Positions 1 to 9,212 of a stretch of DNA of 64,000 nt are shown here, one piece after another. A program made the position numbers and the translations under genes. Within the stretch, counting starts at the first letter, position 1. Every line of letters starts with the position of its first letter. Source of the stretch: Chloroflexota bacterium (lineage in GTDB: Bacteria; Chloroflexota; Dehalococcoidia; JACPPY01); the NCBI GenBank assembly GCA_016190755.1, contig JACPPY010000047.1, positions 13,752-77,751 on the forward strand, read 5' to 3'. Below the pieces are notes generated by a model. It was not told where the DNA came from. It ran no database searches and saw only the letters and a list, made by a program, of their open reading frames with translations.

Positions 1-430
1 CCTCTTTTACGCGGTCACGGATCGTCTTGCCTTCCCAGTAGTCGAGGTCATCCAGAATACCTTGCCTGACTTCTTCATTTACTACCGCATGTCTCCCTGG
101 CGAGATGACAGCTACCTTAGCTTGTTGAATTCTGGAACGGTTCGTTTCAGCTCTATCAAAATCCACGACAGGACATACTCCGCGTATGTGCTCTGTCTGG
201 CTACCAACTATTAGCTCGCCCTCCCGTATGCAAATAGGGATACCCTCAAGGATCTTTTTGAATGCTTTGGCTCTCCTTATCTCAAGAGGCTGCCCTTCCG
301 TCTCACGCCAGGATTGCGTCACCAACCTGCTTCTGTATCCAGAAAGGTGCACTTCGGCTGACAGGTATTCCTCTTTGCGCTTCTTAACCCTATCTGTCAG
401 GACATTGATCTGTTCATCTAGTTTCAGCAT
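1..430 (-). CDS. Glycyl radical enzyme (PFL-like family), N-terminal part; runs off the left edge
   Basis: Not in ORF track. Manual translation from ATG 430 (RBS GAGGGGG): MLKLDEQINVLTDRVKKRKEEYL...RSRLVTQSWRETEGQPLEIRRAKAFKKILEGIPICIREGELIVGSQT...LDYWEGKTIRDRV, a typical GRE N-terminus (TEG.P..IRRAKA, GELIVG, YW.GKT). Confidence 0.9.
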   Translation of the reverse strand, partial: MLKLDEQINVLTDRVKKRKEEYLSAEVHLSGYRSRLVTQSWRETEGQPLEIRRAKAFKKILEGIPICIREGELIVGSQTEHIRGVCPVVDFDRAETNRSRIQQAKVAVISPGRHAVVNEEVRQGILDDLDYWEGKTIRDRVKE

Positions 431-569
431 TTAATATCCCCCTCATCAAGGTCTACTGTCGGGTCGTTCGCCTCAAATGTCGACTGCCTTGATCACCGAT
501 TCTGAAGCAGTTGTATCTTAACGTAACCGGCTTCCAATTCGAATCTAGAGCAACAATCAGGCAATATAA

Positions 570-598
570 ATAATACATCTTATGGATGTGGAAATCAA
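570..598 (-). promoter_or_regulatory. Putative sigma70 promoter for the GRE gene with a palindromic site in the spacer
   Basis: TTGATT-17 nt-TATTAT on minus strand; ACATC-N5-GATGT inverted repeat at 575-589. Confidence 0.5.
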
Positions 599-648
599 TA
601 TGCGCGTTCTTCCAGTGCAAGATGAGTTGAACGAAATGGTGGTTTCTT

Positions 649-2370
649 CTAGAACGCCATCTGTCCCATTCTGCTCTTCCCTCCGAGTAGGGTCAGAACA
701 GATATCGCGGCGATCATGATAATGGCCAGGGCCGACAGTTGCCCGAGCGTGCCTTCATACCACAATTGATATATCTGCACGGCAATGACCCTGCTTTCCG
801 GAGACCCCAGGATAGCAGCAATGGAGAAGACTTTGACCGAGATGACAAAGATGTAGAGAAACCCTCCGATCAGCGCGGGCCGCATGATGGGCATGATGAT
901 ATGCACAAAGATCGTCCGCAGTCTGGCGCCGGATACCATACCGGCTTCCTGTAGCTCCCGGTGTACCTGCATCAGACCGGCGTTGGTAAAACGGGTGCCG
1001 TAGGGCAGAGACCGCACAACATAGGCGATCACCAGTATCCAAAGGGTGCCGTAAATTGGGTTGCGGAAGCTTAGGAACAAAATCATGAAGGCGATGCCCA
1101 TGGCCAGCGATGGAATAGCGTACGGGATGAAAGAAAGGCTATCGATAATGGAAGATCCCCTGATCTTCTTGTGGAGAATCACCCAGGAAAGCAGGAGTGC
1201 GAGCAGCATCACGGCTACACTTACTATGGTTGACAGTATGGTTGTATTCTTTACCATGCCCATGAAGTCAGGTCTAAAAATCGTTGCACCATAGTTCATG
1301 AACGTTAGTTTAGACAGCGCATCCAATGACGGGATTTCATAATTCTTAAGCAACGACGCCCAGATAAGTATGAACAACGGAAGTGCGATCGTACTTACCA
1401 ATATAAAGACCTGGAACACGATCGCGAAGGGTTTCATGTTTCCCAGTTTGATGGTTTTCGGTCGGTAGCCTTTGCCTGTCACCACGGTGAATCTTTCAGC
1501 TTGCTTGACGATCCTCTGATAAAAGATGAGCCCAAGGACAGTGAGGACGATAAGGGTCATGCTGAAAGCGAAGGCAAGACCGTAGTCCGGGGGCCAGGAC
1601 TGATGGACCGACACCAGAATGCTTGCGCTGAATATTCTGATGTTTCCCCCCAATCCCAATACCAGAGGAACTTCAAGCGCTTCAAGTGCGCGCACGAATT
1701 GCAGCAAGGCGATGCCGGCGATGGCTGGCAAAAGAAGTTTCGATGTGACGCACCTGGCCGAGGTAAACCACGAGGCCCCGCAGGTTGTCGCGGCTTCTTC
1801 AAGAGATGGGTCCATGCGTTTCAGGACTGCCCCCAGCATAATAAAAGTCAGGGGCGCGAGGATAATACCCTCAACCCAGAGCATCACCAGCATGCTGTAG
1901 GCGCTGAGCAAAGGCCGCTCGAACCCCATTGCAAACCAGACCTTGTTGATAAGCCCAATCTTGGGGCTCAAAAGCAAAGCCCATGCCACCGCCTGGAGCA
2001 TGCCGGGAATCACCAGAGGTATAAACATGATCGGGTACATAAAGCCGCGAAAGGGGGCATCGGTCCGCTCGGTGAGGAATGCCGCGATTCCACCAATCAG
2101 GAAAGATACCATGGTGGAGCCCAGGGCAAAGATCAGGCTGTCCCATAGAATCTTCCAGGTCCTGGCGCTCAAGTAAGCCGTAGCATAGTTCTTGAAGGTT
2201 AGCCGGCTGAAATCGAAGCCTAACTGCCCGATGCTGACGTCTCTAAAGCTGTTCAGCACCAGCATGAACAGGGGCACGACTACGGCGAAGAAAAGCGGGA
2301 CTGCGATGATAACGAACAGGAAATTGTCTCGATAATAGCGCTTCAGTTTTCTGAAGGGGCTCGACTGCAT
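649..2370 (-). CDS. ABC transporter permease, two-domain (FbpB/ThiP-like)
   Basis: 573 aa, many TM segments, two EAA loops (LEEAATTCGA, LQEAGMVSGA). Confidence 0.9.
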   Translation of the reverse strand: MQSSPFRKLKRYYRDNFLFVIIAVPLFFAVVVPLFMLVLNSFRDVSIGQLGFDFSRLTFKNYATAYLSARTWKILWDSLIFALGSTMVSFLIGGIAAFLTERTDAPFRGFMYPIMFIPLVIPGMLQAVAWALLLSPKIGLINKVWFAMGFERPLLSAYSMLVMLWVEGIILAPLTFIMLGAVLKRMDPSLEEAATTCGASWFTSARCVTSKLLLPAIAGIALLQFVRALEALEVPLVLGLGGNIRIFSASILVSVHQSWPPDYGLAFAFSMTLIVLTVLGLIFYQRIVKQAERFTVVTGKGYRPKTIKLGNMKPFAIVFQVFILVSTIALPLFILIWASLLKNYEIPSLDALSKLTFMNYGATIFRPDFMGMVKNTTILSTIVSVAVMLLALLLSWVILHKKIRGSSIIDSLSFIPYAIPSLAMGIAFMILFLSFRNPIYGTLWILVIAYVVRSLPYGTRFTNAGLMQVHRELQEAGMVSGARLRTIFVHIIMPIMRPALIGGFLYIFVISVKVFSIAAILGSPESRVIAVQIYQLWYEGTLGQLSALAIIMIAAISVLTLLGGKSRMGQMAF

Positions 2371-2437
2371 GCTATCGGCTCCTGACGCCAGTCTATTCTT
2401 GAATTTGAATGTTTTCCCTTGGCTAATCAGTGGATTT

Positions 2438-4114
2438 CTAAAGGGCTTCAGCCTCGGAGATCAGCCCTTTGTTGATCATGCGGGAACGGGTCAAGCGCGG
2501 CAGCGCCAGCCTGTTCACAGGGACATCGATGACAGTGGGGCCTCTCCGCCGCAATGCCTGGCGCACTGTTGCCTGGAATTCGTCGGGTGAGGCCACCCGG
2601 TGACCTGCAATATGAAAGGCCTCGGCTATCTTCAAGAAATCAGGGTTGTTGAGGTCAGTGCCGATAAACCTTCCTTTATAGCCATACTTCTGGTATTTCC
2701 AGAGTACCCCGTAGACGCCGTCGTTCATGACAATAACTGGTATGGAGAGGTTATGGTCCGCTGCCGTTGCCAACTCGCTCATCTGCATCATGAAAGAGCC
2801 GTCGCCGACGATGCACACAACCTCAGAATCCGGAGCGGCGAGTTTGACCCCGATCGCCGCGGGGAGAGGATAACCCATGGAGCCAAAACCATCGTTTGCC
2901 AGCAGGGTCCGTGGTTTGAGGATAGGAAATTCAGGCTCGTTGATCCACGACACCGCCGACGTGGAATCGCAGATAACGACCGTCTCCGGGGAGAGGCATT
3001 CACGCAGTTTCTTCACCATCCACAGCGGATGCAGGGGATAGACCGGCTTTTGTGCCATGAAACGCGCGGTATCCTGCTCGCGTTTTTTCTTAAATTTTTC
3101 CAGCTCCGCAAGCGTGGGCCCATTGCCTTTTTTTTGCCCTACCATGCCGATCAGCTTGCGCAACACGTATTTCGCATCGGCGACGATAGCCAATTTCGGC
3201 TTGTACACCAGCCCCATGGTGCTACGGCTGATATTAACCTCGATGAGTTGGTCGGGAAACCTGACCTTCCACTCCAGGTTACCGAACGCCGAGAACCTGG
3301 TCCCCAGGGCCAGACAGGCATCAGCATGGGCCAGCACATCTGTCGAGCCTTCCAGGAAAAAAGTGCCGCAGCAAAGCGGGTGGGTTTCTGAGATACAACC
3401 CCGGTTGGACCTTGAGGTAAAGACCGGAGCCGATAGTTTCTCCGCCAGTTCCTGTAGCTCCGTGGAAGCCCCGGCCATGGTTACGCCACCTCCGGCGAAA
3501 AGGGCCGGAGCCTCGGCGCGCTCCAGCATTGCCGCCGCCTGCTCCAGTTCGGCATCCAGGCCGGGACCGGGTACCCATTTTCTTGGTTCCGGAGCAATAA
3601 TCTCAGCCTCGCCTTTTGCAGTGAACATGTTAAGCGGGAAAAGAACCATCACCGGCCCGTTGCGCCCTTCCGTCGCTACCTGAAAAGCCCGGTTAATACA
3701 GGCCGGGATCTGTGCAACCTCACGGATAGTAATCACTTCTTTGGTTATTGGCCGGTAGATGGCCTCCAGATCGCAGGCGTGGCCGGCGGGAAGTTTGGGG
3801 TTGGCGACCTGGGCAGATATCACGACCATGGGCACCGAGTCTTCATTGCTGGAGGTTACACTGGTGACCATATTGGTTGAGCCAGGACCTTGTATGCTGA
3901 AGCAGACTGCCGGCCTACCGGTGATCTTGGCGTATGCACCGCAGGCAAAAGGAGAAGTCTCTTCATGGCGCACTGTGATGACCTGGATGGCCGGCTCGTC
4001 AAAGAGCACATCTAGCAGCGCCAAAGTACCCGTGCCATGGATTCCAACTAAATACTTGACGCCATTGGCTTTGAGTGCTTCGACAAGGAGCTTCGACCCC
4101 GACATCTGTTCCAT
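2438..4114 (-). CDS. Thiamine diphosphate-dependent enzyme (acetolactate synthase/decarboxylase superfamily)
   Basis: RHE motif, GPGSTN, GDGSF...MND ThDP motif; start moved to ATG 4114 behind a GAGGAG RBS. Confidence 0.9.
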   Translation of the reverse strand: MEQMSGSKLLVEALKANGVKYLVGIHGTGTLALLDVLFDEPAIQVITVRHEETSPFACGAYAKITGRPAVCFSIQGPGSTNMVTSVTSSNEDSVPMVVISAQVANPKLPAGHACDLEAIYRPITKEVITIREVAQIPACINRAFQVATEGRNGPVMVLFPLNMFTAKGEAEIIAPEPRKWVPGPGLDAELEQAAAMLERAEAPALFAGGGVTMAGASTELQELAEKLSAPVFTSRSNRGCISETHPLCCGTFFLEGSTDVLAHADACLALGTRFSAFGNLEWKVRFPDQLIEVNISRSTMGLVYKPKLAIVADAKYVLRKLIGMVGQKKGNGPTLAELEKFKKKREQDTARFMAQKPVYPLHPLWMVKKLRECLSPETVVICDSTSAVSWINEPEFPILKPRTLLANDGFGSMGYPLPAAIGVKLAAPDSEVVCIVGDGSFMMQMSELATAADHNLSIPVIVMNDGVYGVLWKYQKYGYKGRFIGTDLNNPDFLKIAEAFHIAGHRVASPDEFQATVRQALRRRGPTVIDVPVNRLALPRLTRSRMINKGLISEAEAL

Positions 4115-4165
4115 ATTGCTCCTCATATTCTGTTCGTTTGGGTCAGCGTGATCGTAAGACGAGGG

Positions 4166-6031
4166 CTACGGGTTGGCCCACTCAATGCCGAGCTCTTCGA
4201 GTTTTGCCTGGCTGGGCTTACCCGTCTTGGAGTCCCACCCCATCATCTCGTAGTATTTATGTATGGCCTCGGATAGTTTCTCAGGGTCAAAGCCTTTGTT
4301 CTTAACGAGGCCTTCTTCTTTGGATGACATCAACCGGGCAGGGATTTTGTCATCTTCTGCTGAAAGACCTTCGCGGAGATTGAAAAGCCTGTTCAGGTTA
4401 ATACTCCGCTCCCCGACCTTCATAGCCTCAAGCATATCTGTGTTCCAACCCGTGACGGCATTCACTGCTTCTGTTGTCTGCTGGTAGCTCCACGGAAGGA
4501 ACATGCACATGACCAGGGAATCTGTATAAAGCCTCCACTTCTGCACGGCAATGGCGATGGCAGTCTTGCGCGGTCCCACGTCTTCGGTAGGAAGCGGCCC
4601 CGTGACCCCGAAGGCTTTCATCTCGGAGAGTTGCGGGCCTTCCGTCGTGTAAAAGGTGTCGTGCATGCCGATCATATGGTCAGGACCATATCCAGCGGTC
4701 GCGAAATTGATCCCTAGGCCCTTCTTCAGCCTCGGCTCATGCATGGGCACTTCCACGCCCTTGATGTGCACTGCGAATTCCTCCGAACCCCGACCAATTC
4801 TCTTCGATGCGATGGCAACGCCTTCCGCTAACAGATCGCCAACGCCCTTCCGTCTGGCGATCATTTCCGTCAAGGCTAACATGGTGTCGGCATCGCCAAA
4901 CCGGAGGTTAAGACCGCCGCAATCCGCAGAGGTCAACAATCCACGCTCAAAGCATTCCATGGCGAAGCCGATGGTGACGCCAGTAGAAATTGTATCCATG
5001 CCGTAGGCATTGCAAATCTCGTTTGCCTTGCAGATAGCCGCGAGGTTTGTAACTCCGCAGTTGGAACCCAACGCAGCCAGGCTTTCATACTCGGGACCGC
5101 CGTACGCCGGGTCGACTTCATAGGGAGCAACTATCTTCACGACCTTCTTGCACTGCACTGGGCAGGCGTAGCAACCCTCCATATCGATGCGGTACCCGGA
5201 GGATTTCAAGGCCTGGGCGCTGATGCCGACTGCATCTGCTTCCGTCATAGTACCGCCGCGGAAGTTGTTGATGGGAAGATTCCCGGACTGGAATCCTTTG
5301 TCCATGATGCCGCCGGTGCCCAGTTCATGCATGCCGCGGACCAGACGGAGGTAGTTATCCGCCATCCATTTGCTAAGCTGCTTCACCTTTCCCATATCAG
5401 CTACCGGGGGAGTGGTGCGCCCGCGTACGGCGATCGCCTTGAGGTTTTTCGAACCCATAACCGCACCGAGGCCGGTGCGTCCGGCAACATCTCTGAGGTC
5501 GTTTACAATACATGCGAGACGGACTAGCTTTTCCCCCGCCGGGCCGATTTGGGCGACTCGCACATATTCATCACCCACCTCCGAACGGATGGCCTCCTGA
5601 CTTTCCTTGGCTGCTAGACCCCACAGTCGGCTCCCATCCCTAACTTCGGCAACCCCGTCATGCAGGTACAGGTAAACCGGACTGGACGCCTTGCCCTCAA
5701 CGATAACGGCGTCAAACCCGGCGCGCCTGAGCTCGGCGCCCCAAAAACCTCCGGATTCCGCCTTGGAAATGGTACCGGACAAAGGTGATTTCGCGCCAAC
5801 AGAGTACCGGCCGCCGGGCAGCGGGATACCGGTAAGAGGCCCTGCCGCAAACACGAGCTTGTTCTCCGGACCAAGGGGGGAAACCCCGGGCTTAAGCTCT
5901 TTGAAAAGGTAGTAGGAAATGAGCCCTGTCCCTCCGACGAAAGCCCGGTAGAAGGGCTCGACAGGGTGGTCGACGGTTGTGGTCCTGTTTGAAAGGTCAA
6001 CCCGGAGGATATTGCCAGTGTATCCGTACAT
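4166..6031 (-). CDS. aor: Aldehyde:ferredoxin oxidoreductase (tungsten/Mo bis-pterin AOR family)
   Basis: MYGYTGNILRVDLS start, GRTGLGAVMGSKNLKAI, CYACPVQC, GPEYES, MDTIS motifs; start reassigned to ATG 6031 (RBS GGAGG). Confidence 0.92.
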   Translation of the reverse strand: MYGYTGNILRVDLSNRTTTVDHPVEPFYRAFVGGTGLISYYLFKELKPGVSPLGPENKLVFAAGPLTGIPLPGGRYSVGAKSPLSGTISKAESGGFWGAELRRAGFDAVIVEGKASSPVYLYLHDGVAEVRDGSRLWGLAAKESQEAIRSEVGDEYVRVAQIGPAGEKLVRLACIVNDLRDVAGRTGLGAVMGSKNLKAIAVRGRTTPPVADMGKVKQLSKWMADNYLRLVRGMHELGTGGIMDKGFQSGNLPINNFRGGTMTEADAVGISAQALKSSGYRIDMEGCYACPVQCKKVVKIVAPYEVDPAYGGPEYESLAALGSNCGVTNLAAICKANEICNAYGMDTISTGVTIGFAMECFERGLLTSADCGGLNLRFGDADTMLALTEMIARRKGVGDLLAEGVAIASKRIGRGSEEFAVHIKGVEVPMHEPRLKKGLGINFATAGYGPDHMIGMHDTFYTTEGPQLSEMKAFGVTGPLPTEDVGPRKTAIAIAVQKWRLYTDSLVMCMFLPWSYQQTTEAVNAVTGWNTDMLEAMKVGERSINLNRLFNLREGLSAEDDKIPARLMSSKEEGLVKNKGFDPEKLSEAIHKYYEMMGWDSKTGKPSQAKLEELGIEWANP

Positions 6032-6101
6032 TTGCGGGTCCTCCCCGAGCAAATTCATTTGCAAGTAAAGGAGGCAGTACCATTTAACTACCTCCACATT
6101 G

Positions 6102-6132
6102 CCTGAAGCACAGCCGTTGGCTGTGCTTCAGG
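6102..6132. terminator. Perfect 14-bp stem-loop downstream of the binding-protein gene (mRNA stabiliser or partial terminator)
   Basis: CCTGAAGCACAGCC-GTT-GGCTGTGCTTCAGG; no clear U-tract on the minus strand. Confidence 0.6.
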
Positions 6133-6157
6133 GTGCTTTCGTGTAAAGAGCCGGCGG

Positions 6158-7375
6158 CTACTTTACGCCCAGGGACGCGCGCCAGAAATCACCGGCTTTC
6201 TTCATGTTCTCATCCGTGAGCAAATCCAATGGTATCATCTTTATGGTTGCGCCGGCATCGCGGACTGCTTTGTTAGGCATCGAATCCCCAGCGTCCGGGC
6301 TAAATGACGGGCCGGCGTTGGCATTTGCCCAGGCAATGGAGCCTTCCTTGGAGGTCAGGTAATCTGCCAGCAGCTTAGCCGCGTTCGGGTGTGGCGCGTT
6401 CTTCATCAGCGTAAAGGCGTAGGTCCTGGCAGGATAGTCCACCTTTGCCATGGCTATCGGTTGCCCGTTCGCGATGGCACGGAGAGTAATTGCCCCGGAG
6501 TTCGCCAGGAACAGGCTGTACTCACCCGTAGCAAGCATATTGGTCGGTGCAGTGTAGGCCGTTGCGGCGGTAGGTTGAGTATTATCGAAGACCTTCTTCC
6601 AGTAGGCGAAAGATTTGTCCCAGTCCAGCTTTCCACCAGTACCCCACAGGGCTGCGGTTAACAGGGGCATGTCATAGCTGGTGATGCTGGCAACCGCCTT
6701 GCCCTTCCACTTGGGATTCTGAAGGTCATCCCAGGAGGTTGGGATATCCTTGCCAGTGACCAGCTTGGTGTTGTAGACAGGGGCAAAGAAGATGGCAGAG
6801 GTACGAACATACAGGCCGCCGGTACCATCCTTCGTTTCCTTGGGCCAGTTAGCCGTGTTGGGCCAATCATATTTATCCAACAGGTTAGCATCGCCGAGGG
6901 GTTTGATAGTCCCCTCGCCCATAAGGACGATATCAACGCTATATCTGCCCGCCTTAGCTTCCGTCAGTGCTTTCTCTGTCAACACGGCAGGTTCAGCGTT
7001 CCAGGTCTCAACCTTAATATCTGGATACTTTTTATAAAAGCCCCCCAGGAATTGATCAGCTACATTGGCTGCGGGCGACCACAGTACAACTTTAGCTTCC
7101 TTTTTGGCAGCGGCTTCGAGCTGTTCCTGTCTATTCTGTGTCGTCGTAGTGGCACTGGGTTTAGCTGTCGTAGTAGCACTGGGTTTAGCTGAAGAGGTGG
7201 TTGTAGAGGAGGCCACTGGCGAAGAGGAACTCGGTTTGGCCGAAGAGACGGTAGATGACGATGTGGAAGTCGTGGGCCCTGATGATTTACAGCCCACAAA
7301 AAGCCCGGCCAACACAACTATCAAGACTGCTGAAATCGCTGTGGCTCTGACTATCGATCCCTTTTTCACTGGCAT
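6158..7375 (-). CDS. ABC transporter substrate-binding lipoprotein (AfuA/FbpA-like) with Ser/Thr-rich linker
   Basis: Lipobox FVGC, low-complexity S/T/P linker, PTSWDDL and APHPNAAKL motifs. Confidence 0.9.
   Translation of the reverse strand: MPVKKGSIVRATAISAVLIVVLAGLFVGCKSSGPTTSTSSSTVSSAKPSSSSPVASSTTTSSAKPSATTTAKPSATTTTQNRQEQLEAAAKKEAKVVLWSPAANVADQFLGGFYKKYPDIKVETWNAEPAVLTEKALTEAKAGRYSVDIVLMGEGTIKPLGDANLLDKYDWPNTANWPKETKDGTGGLYVRTSAIFFAPVYNTKLVTGKDIPTSWDDLQNPKWKGKAVASITSYDMPLLTAALWGTGGKLDWDKSFAYWKKVFDNTQPTAATAYTAPTNMLATGEYSLFLANSGAITLRAIANGQPIAMAKVDYPARTYAFTLMKNAPHPNAAKLLADYLTSKEGSIAWANANAGPSFSPDAGDSMPNKAVRDAGATIKMIPLDLLTDENMKKAGDFWRASLGVK
7143..7190. repeat. In-frame 24-bp tandem duplication (AKPSATTT x2) in the binding-protein linker
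   Basis: gtcgtagtggcactgggtttagct / gtcgtagtagcactgggtttagct, one mismatch. Confidence 0.85.
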
Positions 7376-7540
7376 TCTCCCTTTTTGTGATCCTTTTACG
7401 ATATGGACGCACCCTTTAAGCGGTCGCGTTTGGGTCGATTCGGGACTCGGAGTTCAACCTGGGTTTAGTGAAGATGAGACTTGACTCCTGGACCAGGCAA
7501 ATTGGAAAAGAGGGGCAACCTCAACGCACTTGATCTAGTA

Positions 7541-7701
7541 TAACATACTTGTCAACAGGAACTGCTTCGCGCTTCGACAAATGAGTAACATGTAGTCCAC
7601 GGTAGTCCTTCGCAGCTCGTGAGGGCCCGGCTAGTTGTCTTTGCTCATTTATCGAATGGGCTACTTGTGAGCTTGACAAGTATGTCATGGCTGAATAATA
7701 T
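7541..7701. promoter_or_regulatory. Divergent control region with two copies of a TGACA-N4-TGTCA-like operator and a sigma70 promoter
   Basis: ACATACTTGTCAA (7543-7555) is the exact reverse complement of TTGACAAGTATGT (7673-7685); plus-strand TTGACA-17-TAATAT at 7673-7701. Confidence 0.6.
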
Positions 7702-7877
7702 GGATGCATGCTCTGCTTCGAGACTATCTAATCTCCGATGTTATTTCCACCTGAAAGTTACTGCTTGATAATGCTCATTAGCTGACCGGTCAAATCCGCG
7801 TTTGCCGTACCAGGGTCTTGTTTTAATCCCAACCAATCGCGGAAAAAGAATACTTTTAGCCTTGGAGGACGAGCAAT

Positions 7878-9212
7878 ATGAGTTCATTGGCAGGTCTTCC
7901 CTACCTGGAGTTTGAACTTGCCGCCGCGCAACGACGGGTAAAAAAAATCAAGGAACATCCAGATCCCCTTAAAGCTGCATCGAATCTACTTTACTATGAG
8001 CTTGAGGTAGACTACCGGTCGGAGCAGATAGAATCCCTCAAGAGCGGGAAACCCTTCGGGACCATCTACCCCGGACCTTTTATGAGGGCGCTGGGACTGG
8101 TTCCCTGGGATGCCATCCGCTCAGCGGACAAAAGCTATGGGGACAAGGCTAAAAGGTATTTCGATATGATCAGGGCCGAAGGAATGGCCGAGCATACCTG
8201 CGACCGGACCATAGTGATGGTCCCCATGGTGCTCAGCGGGGATTTCCCCAAACCCAGTTTTATGCTGGCGGGGAATTACACCTGCCAGCCCATCCACCTG
8301 GCCTACCGTCTGATAGCTCATACTCTCAACACACCGACCTACTTCATGGAGCGAAAGTTTAGCGCCTGGTCCGGCTCCGAGAGCGAGCAAGAACTCAAAT
8401 ATGTCGTGGACCAATACCAGGAGATGATCGAGTTCGCCGAAAAGAACGTGCCCGGCTGCAAGTTCAATCCCGATAAGCTTGAGGAGCTTCTCTACTGGGA
8501 CAATGAATACAACAAATACGAACGGCTCCAGTGGAAGCTGAGGGCGACCGTGCCTTGTCCGATGGCAGGGCGTGATGCCTTCAGAGAGCCTATGTACCCC
8601 CACTTTTACGCCAACCCCGCGAAATGCGTCGACTACATGCGGCGGTTTACCGAAGAAATGGAAGAAAAGGCGTCCAAAGGCATCGGCTCGGTCCAGGGAG
8701 AAGAAAGGCTGAGGCTTCTCTGGTCGCCTACGGCTCCCTATTTCGCCGATCCCTTCGGCTGGCTGGCGAAGCGGGGCGTCGCCGTCCCGGCGGTGGAGAT
8801 GGGCACGATGAATCGAAGGCGGCGCGGACACTATTCAGCCTACGGTGAGCTCTGGCACGGAAGAAAACTATCCCCCTTCGAGGAAGCCTTGCGCGGGCTC
8901 GGAGATAGCGCCTGGGGCGGCCTGGGACATGGAACAGTCCAATCACATATCGAAACATGTCGGCAATTGAAGCTAGACGGTATCGTCTACTTCCTGCAAT
9001 GGGGCTGCGAGATAACCAATAACTTCGGCACCCTGATCTCCGAGGTAGCCGAAAAAGAACTCGGCATTCCCACACTTATACTTCAGGGCCGGCAGCTTGA
9101 TGAAAGCACCTTTGAGGAACAGGAGTTTTATCGCCAGCTTGAAGAGTTCGTCGATATCTGCCTGGATGCCAAGAAAAAGAGAGGTTTCAGGAAGCAAGAG
9201 CATGGAAAATAA
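7878..9212 (+). CDS. 2-hydroxyacyl-CoA dehydratase / benzoyl-CoA reductase family subunit (HgdA/BcrB-like)
   Basis: Cys ligands (HTCD, YTCQ, WGCE), LDGIVYF, GIPTLILQG; RBS GGAGG. Confidence 0.8.
   Translation: MSSLAGLPYLEFELAAAQRRVKKIKEHPDPLKAASNLLYYELEVDYRSEQIESLKSGKPFGTIYPGPFMRALGLVPWDAIRSADKSYGDKAKRYFDMIRAEGMAEHTCDRTIVMVPMVLSGDFPKPSFMLAGNYTCQPIHLAYRLIAHTLNTPTYFMERKFSAWSGSESEQELKYVVDQYQEMIEFAEKNVPGCKFNPDKLEELLYWDNEYNKYERLQWKLRATVPCPMAGRDAFREPMYPHFYANPAKCVDYMRRFTEEMEEKASKGIGSVQGEERLRLLWSPTAPYFADPFGWLAKRGVAVPAVEMGTMNRRRRGHYSAYGELWHGRKLSPFEEALRGLGDSAWGGLGHGTVQSHIETCRQLKLDGIVYFLQWGCEITNNFGTLISEVAEKELGIPTLILQGRQLDESTFEEQEFYRQLEEFVDICLDAKKKRGFRKQEHGK

Noticed and set aside
186..434. 82-aa plus-strand ORF
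   Set aside because: Antisense to the glycyl radical enzyme N-terminus.
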